48,811 nucleotides of DNA. Source: Trichomonas gallinae. Lineage: Eukaryota. A program made the translations under genes and the position numbers. The notes beneath the pieces were generated by a model. The model worked only from the letters and a program-made list of their open reading frames with translations. It was not told the origin of the DNA and did not search any database. Shown here one piece after another: positions 44,301 to 48,811 of the stretch (within the stretch, counting starts at the first letter, position 1; every line of letters starts with the position of its first letter). The stretch lies in assembly GCA_008369845.1 (NCBI GenBank), contig MRSU01008587.1, positions 1 to 48,811 on the forward strand, read 5' to 3'.

Positions 44301-44761
44301 AGTTCCTCATCGATAAGATAACCGGCAACGTCACATTCAGCACATTCGCAGGAATTTCCACGAAGCAGCCAGTTCCGTTCAGGCTCACTCCACAGCTATC
44401 TAACGCACTCGGCCGCTGCCAGTATAGCGGACCTTTCTCTTCATTCTTCACGCAAACAATGAAGGATATCAGGAAGCGTGCAATTTCTCTCGCACCAGTT
44501 CTCCAATTCTTCGTCGCTGATCCTCCTTTCACAAAGCCCAAGATTCCTAAACTCTTCATGAAGCAGCTCGGCGTCGACTTCACAGAAGATCCAACAGCAT
44601 CGCAAGAAGAGAAAGAAATCGACCAGTCTATTGATGATCTCTTTGGCCGTCTTTATGGAAGAGGTCTTGGCCTCGAGCAAGAGCTCCAGAAGCTTATCGA
44701 TGAGGCGACAAATATCGAGAATATCGCGAACATGCCCGCCAGCTGGTATCCATGGTGGTAA
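38345..44761 (+). CDS. TOR-like PIKK protein (HEAT-FAT-FRB-kinase-FATC), predicted pseudokinase
   Basis: PSPVVR..., FLTTWQNL, NLAEF, YAKAL, FRB-like LEEAQ, W..R...F..SL..MS...Y.LG, VPFRLT and terminal WYPWW. Catalytic motifs are degenerate. Confidence 0.9.
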   Translation: MFFANADDPVGQAVCALIEKAVPSNQSLKEEEFDYYVEDLQDQIITHFNYHRIQEVPDFIDSMLSTTMYGAKTDDKKRRYAAAVCLATLISLFPFDDLIPQFEPIVNQLLRPGFKRLVVVGAKVVGYLGGLTGQNRNHLIKILAEKNAALLSTPNQKPENLFTAAIILKELADSAPEHIFALTSQYFIKMIYSGLYSHDSNVRDICVDIVETLFTSQAASVGVFFLTDILEKMRFQSVERLSREKNDEDLISCFKLLQILLRQRPYIDPDLTARYLMPTCAKLVTSPNFEIMNYAIVTIMFLHDSEIYNTDPYVIQTIMKQLFDVTLKHGKLIEPLFSKVIHTYPEYVRKELHQLIEWFGVFMSTLPKNASFILVFQLIVASIDVVVDQKQLSQLLELVNQLMSSSSMPTPIHMLLQSLNQYHPNWDRELHNYKKFLVRLIHEEMGGPYQRWEVTVISLNAIDQLNDLSYPDAVMLHSLVMALINSPDWQVRERVASSALHLFKNHIDKMPLETMSKLVELAVNDSVRSVRKKSLFAFKPNVYKYLAQPELIWKFSRLIYDESFGVRKHAIEILGALVPRTSASILRELLLTTLRQLPNKYNPIIPPHISDIFPELISASEPIIYLYADAIFQRFLKMLNERFSTTTFKDPSLVYMNSAQLRDIDGSLIKSLSHLNELCPDIVLSGPVINVLSKVLALPVHPWTKAHALKALRCVAQGEYDISFVWRDHFNLIESVIKIIRENASLKLVTLSLKLLGSISACAMPTMLNPSSRKQIFIFRSFFSGLNEFKNFFIKRYFTELLDILSEPMIDTKKETIAGVLTQLFVADPDSIPNYLTPFFNVFLPMFPATSISTLRKFFDYLTIIVRLAGRMITPHATSVFVAIENHWQQQLTVEGSHVISALIEATHGQCDSILHLVVPICFQLIRFKKQGHSELFKLLRAAADYTPSYLKTIIEGIADLAQSPETQDNVLDLCVKTLSFIVDQCDCSEHLATIKRCAMKVKSNSAKYRERAINIVEAIDGRVEQDDDTTEVDDDFEKRPTPPVVDSVVASDIATWMQLPEELNDDSLAKWYRELESRLINIAPSPVVRALVPLNDFPGLLPSFSFTFAFLTTWQNLSRPQKGEITVLLNQIFKCNSIPSWIAKQFTNLAEFSVLSEIDIRLDFAALIPFCEHHQFYAKALFFLDYAPSSFPFTKLIHLNSICGRKLEARALAKRYSQDIDHNLWMELGEWDNAIACINKTLDPSRFIYPQVICKAATEDWDGILKLKESFYDLPLHDKVDLAKYFMMAAVYMGEDEIAEEFFQMSNGLTTDDQIARAQMLIRNNKLDAATQAIRTGWRYLASSVSAIEKCNKNLLQDYSLQAQQLLELAEVIECLNDPEEIDNVNNVWLGRLHLIQNQPDRQKELYKIRSLVPNLPHFDALMLDTISYYIWLGQRDVAIRLVDVFFPDENSPHAQYVQLELSGREEKINEMRELADTCNNEELSSRLRQLIGNIKLKSASKLDDFKNVAEYYESANKSYEKIGNIYIIIAHAGGGIDAAREGVVGLGKSIDVKPVKGCLFANQLLGALVNFGRDKSVADAVAVAVNELSPQSLATIYSTAFALLLHPSENVRDVAAQICFKLVATQPEYVGFQLLMMESKHSDIDALEQMFDKLQMEFPVIFSHVSLIYKELLKMSNVLYIVFQNTLEEAQEKYAAGDIKQCLDKLAGFMKLLNDPNKTVHDAQFFSGYTQPISKLISAITLRGTINEDDFKQLNVMRKSLQKKFQSLRVIRLSSVSPRLEQQSSWDLKLLGSHSLMKNGVKIGKFFHSVGNHEHGMHLTILGTDGKRYNYQLRRGFKRSRPLATEQLVDAIAPILDDIHHIVHGSIIQLSEHLYLFEVPKGQATMYEMITVYEQSKGRIIDAEQESIKKWYTEDYADLSHENRVNALKNVRKYFEGNELSRAILVTSKDADAWAYRTSHFSSSLGAMSSLAYFLGSVDHSPQQFLIDKITGNVTFSTFAGISTKQPVPFRLTPQLSNALGRCQYSGPFSSFFTQTMKDIRKRAISLAPVLQFFVADPPFTKPKIPKLFMKQLGVDFTEDPTASQEEKEIDQSIDDLFGRLYGRGLGLEQELQKLIDEATNIENIANMPASWYPWW

Positions 44762-44985
44762 GTTATACTATAGAATATAATAAATTTATTTTTGTACTTT
44801 TCTATCAAAGTAGCCTAATCTTGTTACGAAAAAAAAATAGCTGCTCTTTAACAATTTTCATGGAATAATTCTAACTCTATTTAAACTTCTATCGAAAAAT
44901 TCATAACTAATCGGTTGTCAAAACAATAATTAGGAATAAACTTGATAAAATTTATATCGTCTGGTGTGAACCCTTAAATAATACT

Positions 44986-46842
44986 TTATTCAAACAAAAA
45001 AAAAAATTCGTGAAACTTAATCTTCTCGATATTTGAATTTAAACATTCTCGTTTGCGCGAATTCTTAGAACTTCGCCGAGCTGCCTTCGTCTGTTCTTGG
45101 TGATTCTTGATGCCCGAGGTCAGATTGATGTAAAGTCTGCGTACATTGGACTTGGCGACTTTTGCAATAGCCTTATCAACAATTTTGTTACTGCCTAGAA
45201 ATGAAGTAATAATGTCACTCCATTGGATATTCTGGATATCTGGATGATGTTTTGTGACATTTTGATTTTCAAAGTTTCTTTTCAAGTTATCAGCGAGATT
45301 TAAACTAATATAGGATTTATAGATTTCGTGATCAGCGCACATTATAAATATAAGGTTTTGGTGATCAACGTACTTTAATAATGTATGGATTTTGTGATCA
45401 TCGTACTTTAATAATGTAGAGCATTCGTTAAATGCAAGCTTAGCAATATTAGCTTTGTTGTCTTTAACCTTAAAAATATTATTATTTTCGAGATCTTCAA
45501 GCGTTAGCTTTAATAGTTTTTGAGCGGTTTCTATGATTTGTTTGTTGATGCTTTTGATATCTGTATGTTCAACTACAGTGTCATTTGGATGAACATCATT
45601 GTTGTGAATGATATTTGAATGATCATCTTTGTTGTCTTTTTTCGTAACTCGCTTTATTGGGTTTTGATCTTTTTTAAATCTGCCGATGTTACCGTTTTTA
45701 TGAGATCCCTGTTTTCGTTGATCTATAGTTTCTGCCGGGTAATGCTTTCTCGGGACGTCCTTATGATGGGGCGATGCTTTAGGTTGAGTGTCCAAAATAT
45801 ATTTGTCAACTTTTTCTATGATTTGAGTGTCTTTTAATCTATGCTCTGGATCAACTTTACATATTTCTAGAATTAAATCTCTGACATTCTGCGGAACAAG
45901 TGGTGTGAACTCGAAAGTTCTATTTTGAGAAACAAGAACTGGATCTCTACCTTCAAATATGTAATAGAGGACAAGACCGAGAGAATATATATCGGCTCTG
46001 CTATCATACTTTGTTGTTCCCAAACTAGCGTTTAAAACTTCAGGAGCCATGTAAAGAGGTGTCCCTGCACAATCACTGATATCTGTTACTTTATTAACTG
46101 CAGTATCTAAATCAGATATAACTGGGAAACCTTTATCATCTATTAGTATATTATCTGGCTTTATATCTCTGTTGAATATCTCTTTCTCATGAAAGTCATT
46201 AACAACTTTAACTATATTTCTGAAAAGAATTAATTTCTGAGTATTTGTCATGTTTGGATTTTTGTCTAAAAATTCTACGAGTGTTCCATTTCTATAGTAA
46301 TCGCTTGATACAAAATATCTTTTATCTATACCTGGAATGTCTGGATAAATGATCTCACGACCTAATTTCTCCTTCAAAGAATTTTCATTTTCATTACCTA
46401 ATCTACTGTATTTGAATACATGTGTTGGGTCTCTATACAACATTATAACAATACTATGCGTGCCATACCCTATTACAAAACAACCTGTAGGTAAAAATAT
46501 TTTTCTTGTTAATTCTTTAATTTTCACTAAGTTATTTGTATCATTCAACGATTCATAAAATGCTTTTTCATCCGATGTCCATTGATTGTAATGATTTTCT
46601 TTTTTCATGTATCTGAAAATATATTGAAGTCCCTTTGTAATATATGTAGGATTTGTAATTTCATCAATCGTTCTGATATTTACATTGTTGAATTCACCAA
46701 TCAGAATGCTTTTTACCGAAAAATACATCTTTTTGGTTGAAAATAGAGTCGAATTTACCAGATTGCGGAATGCTAAATGATAATCAAGGATATTCCTATC
46801 ATTGCTATGTACAAAATCCTCAAGCGTCCTAGTATTCCTCAT
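44986..46842 (-). CDS. Divergent protein kinase with long N- and C-terminal extensions
   Basis: IGYGTHSIV, VFK, NRDIKPDNILI, DLD, GTPLYMAPE and DIYSLG. First ATG at 46842, just after an AAAAGTGAC motif. Confidence 0.88.
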   Translation of the reverse strand: MRNTRTLEDFVHSNDRNILDYHLAFRNLVNSTLFSTKKMYFSVKSILIGEFNNVNIRTIDEITNPTYITKGLQYIFRYMKKENHYNQWTSDEKAFYESLNDTNNLVKIKELTRKIFLPTGCFVIGYGTHSIVIMLYRDPTHVFKYSRLGNENENSLKEKLGREIIYPDIPGIDKRYFVSSDYYRNGTLVEFLDKNPNMTNTQKLILFRNIVKVVNDFHEKEIFNRDIKPDNILIDDKGFPVISDLDTAVNKVTDISDCAGTPLYMAPEVLNASLGTTKYDSRADIYSLGLVLYYIFEGRDPVLVSQNRTFEFTPLVPQNVRDLILEICKVDPEHRLKDTQIIEKVDKYILDTQPKASPHHKDVPRKHYPAETIDQRKQGSHKNGNIGRFKKDQNPIKRVTKKDNKDDHSNIIHNNDVHPNDTVVEHTDIKSINKQIIETAQKLLKLTLEDLENNNIFKVKDNKANIAKLAFNECSTLLKYDDHKIHTLLKYVDHQNLIFIMCADHEIYKSYISLNLADNLKRNFENQNVTKHHPDIQNIQWSDIITSFLGSNKIVDKAIAKVAKSNVRRLYINLTSGIKNHQEQTKAARRSSKNSRKRECLNSNIEKIKFHEFFFLFE

Positions 46843-47809
46843 AAATGTCACTTTTTTAATTTTACATTCAATTTTTTGAATGGAAATCAAGAATGGGGTT
46901 AATTCTGTAAAATACAAAAATTTTAAAAATAGACATTTTAGAATCTATATATTATAGAAATGCCATATTTACTAACGAAACTATTTGATAATAAATTCTG
47001 TCACATGTTGACTACTTGTTTTTTTGCCACGTTTTTTTTTTTGCAAAAATATATTATGTAATAAGACATTTGCTTAAGAAGATATATTATATATTTTATA
47101 AATGCATATATTAAAGCTATGCGTTTAGATTCATTATTTATTTATTAAAAAGTCGTAACATAATATATCATTGTTTAATTCATATCAGATTACCAATATG
47201 TCCACACCATTATATATACTAATCCTGCTTGAACAAAGGATTCTCGCTAAAATATCTGAAAAATTGATAACAGTATGTAAAGCTTAAGAGATGTGTTTAT
47301 TAAAGCAGCTATAACAGTAGAACAATTAGTATTGCCACGGCAAATGCATTTGAAATTTTCAATAATTTGAATTTTTAATTCCTGTTATTTAAATTATCAT
47401 GGACTACCTCTACACAGTTTTATATGCATACTTCTGTGTTTGAAATGCATTGTTTCATGTAGATATTAGTACTATCGATTTCATGATTTGTGCAAAGTTT
47501 GAGCTATTTAAAGAAGATATTAACTGATATTTTGTTATATGGCTAAGAATCCATCATCATTTTAAGTCAAATGAAGTATATGATTCTAATATAAAAAACC
47601 AATTTGTGTTTCTTGTATTAGCATTTACCCATATCCTATATTTCTCATTATGAAAATGAGGATCTGAAAATTAGTTGAAATAGTAGTTAATAATATTAAT
47701 ATGTTATTAATTAAATTTGCACGACATTATTGATATGTATATATATACGAAAAAGAATATTATTCATGTGCTAATTGATGTATATATTAAATGACATAAG
47801 TTCATTATT

Positions 47810-48373
47810 ATGATTGATGCGCAGACTGATGTTCCAACTTTGAAAGCCTCAGCTCAAGTCAAAGTTGGAGCACGTATGAGTCCTGCAAAAGATATACAAA
47901 TAGCTTATGCAGATATATTGTCTAATATTGATTCTGAAAAATTCGAAGAATTGAAAAAACAGTTTTTATTCTCAATTGATGCAGCAGACGCAGAGTATGG
48001 ACTTCTATCGCAAGAACTCGGCATATTACAGTCAATGATTCCAAAGTGGAATGAAGAAATTGAACAAACAAAATTGCAAATCGAAAATCTTAAGACTGAA
48101 ATAGGAGTTTTAGAGAAAGAAAAGGAAGATGTAGATGAGAAAATGGCAAACTACCTTGAACTCAGCAAAATTAAAACAGAAGCTTCCAATATTAATATCG
48201 AAAAGATTACGAAAGACATCGAAAACTGCACAATTAAGAACAAAGAGGATGAAGATAACATCGCAGCTGCTGAAATATCTAACGAGCGTAGAAAACAAGC
48301 TGTATTGGATATTTACAAAGGAATCCAGTCTTTTAAAGGTGCTAATAGCGATGACCAGCAATCTGCAAACTAA
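47810..48373 (+). CDS. Coiled-coil protein, possibly THO complex subunit THOC7/Mft1-like
   Basis: 187 aa with heptads. ERRKQAVLDIYKGIQ resembles THOC7 ELRRKQFHVLLSTIH. Inr TCATT lies just upstream. The gene is likely real; the family call is weak. Confidence 0.7.
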   Translation: MIDAQTDVPTLKASAQVKVGARMSPAKDIQIAYADILSNIDSEKFEELKKQFLFSIDAADAEYGLLSQELGILQSMIPKWNEEIEQTKLQIENLKTEIGVLEKEKEDVDEKMANYLELSKIKTEASNINIEKITKDIENCTIKNKEDEDNIAAAEISNERRKQAVLDIYKGIQSFKGANSDDQQSAN

Positions 48374-48697
48374 TAAAATGTGTTTAATAAATATACTTTA
48401 GATAAATTTCAAAATATTTCTAAGTTTACATGGATTATCAAATGATTCGACGACATATCTGCCATAGAAAAGATATGATTCTATATTATGAAAATATCGA
48501 GAAATAAATTTATTGCGATTTTTAAAAATCATGAGTCAGTGGATTAGATAATAAATTTAAATGGAAATTTTCTTTATAATCATTTTGTAACTTTACTAAG
48601 TCATGAAATCATTTAAATTAAATAAATTAAAAATTGTTTTCAAGAATAATTTAAAAAAAATAACGACTTCCTAAACAGTTCAAAGAGAACCAAATCT

Positions 48698-48811
48698 TTA
48701 GGCAAGATTGACTGTACCGCGGCGGCGACCAGTACGGCGGGCAGCGATAAGACCAAGCTTCTGACCTGGGCGGGCAGAGCGGGAAACTGTGCCTGGAGCA
48801 CCCATGTGCTG
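48698..48811 (-). CDS. RPL8: 60S ribosomal protein uL2 (L8/L2), C-terminal end (partial)
   Basis: Manual translation gives [37 protein letters not shown], matching the uL2 C-terminal motif GLIAARRTG. Confidence 0.95.
   Translation of the reverse strand, partial: QHMGAPGTVSRSARPGQKLGLIAARRTGRRRGTVNLA

Noticed and set aside
38345..44761. Assignment as TRRAP/Tra1
   Set aside because: Size and TOR-specific blocks (SPxxR, NLAEF, YAKAL, FRB-like helix bundle) favour TOR ancestry, although a phylogeny is still needed.
48698..48811. GC-rich terminal segment as a possible rRNA/ncRNA or foreign insertion
   Set aside because: Translates on the minus strand to the C-terminus of ribosomal protein uL2/L8.
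1..48811. Spliceosomal introns, snRNAs, tRNAs, CRISPR arrays, Maverick/Mutator/mariner elements
   Set aside because: By eye I found no ACTAACACACAG-type intron end, snRNA signature, cloverleaf, repeat-spacer array, transposase ORF or terminal inverted repeat. Short or divergent examples could have been missed.

Overview
AT-rich, gene-dense eukaryotic DNA with no apparent introns, almost certainly from a parabasalid protist (Trichomonas or a close relative). The basis is very short inferred 5' UTRs with TCAY(W) initiator-like elements, DUF3447-type ankyrin genes, a Trichomonas-style R2R3 Myb, and a Trichomonas-like Hsp90 N-terminus. About 26 protein genes are present. Two are cut by the window edges and missing from the ORF track: Hsp90 (left) and ribosomal protein uL2/L8 (right). 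Others include Kre33/NAT10, Ump1/POMP, Nup155, a calmodulin-like protein, a TAF1-like protein, a bromodomain protein, an LRR protein, Vps16, Myb, eIF4E, eIF1 and a TOR-family protein. No rRNA, tRNA, CRISPR array or recognisable transposon was seen. Most notable: (1) a polo-like kinase with an apparent PLK4-type cryptic polo box, head-to-head with an unknown coiled-coil gene across only 41 bp; (2) a full-length TOR-architecture pseudokinase; (3) unusual translation-initiation layouts, namely an eIF1 uORF overlapping the start codon, an ankyrin gene with no usable AUG, and a codon-biased 23-aa smORF; (4) recurrent promoter motifs (AAAAGTGAC, palindromic TGTCA/TGACA clusters). All family assignments are by-eye comparisons with remembered reference sequences; no searches were run.
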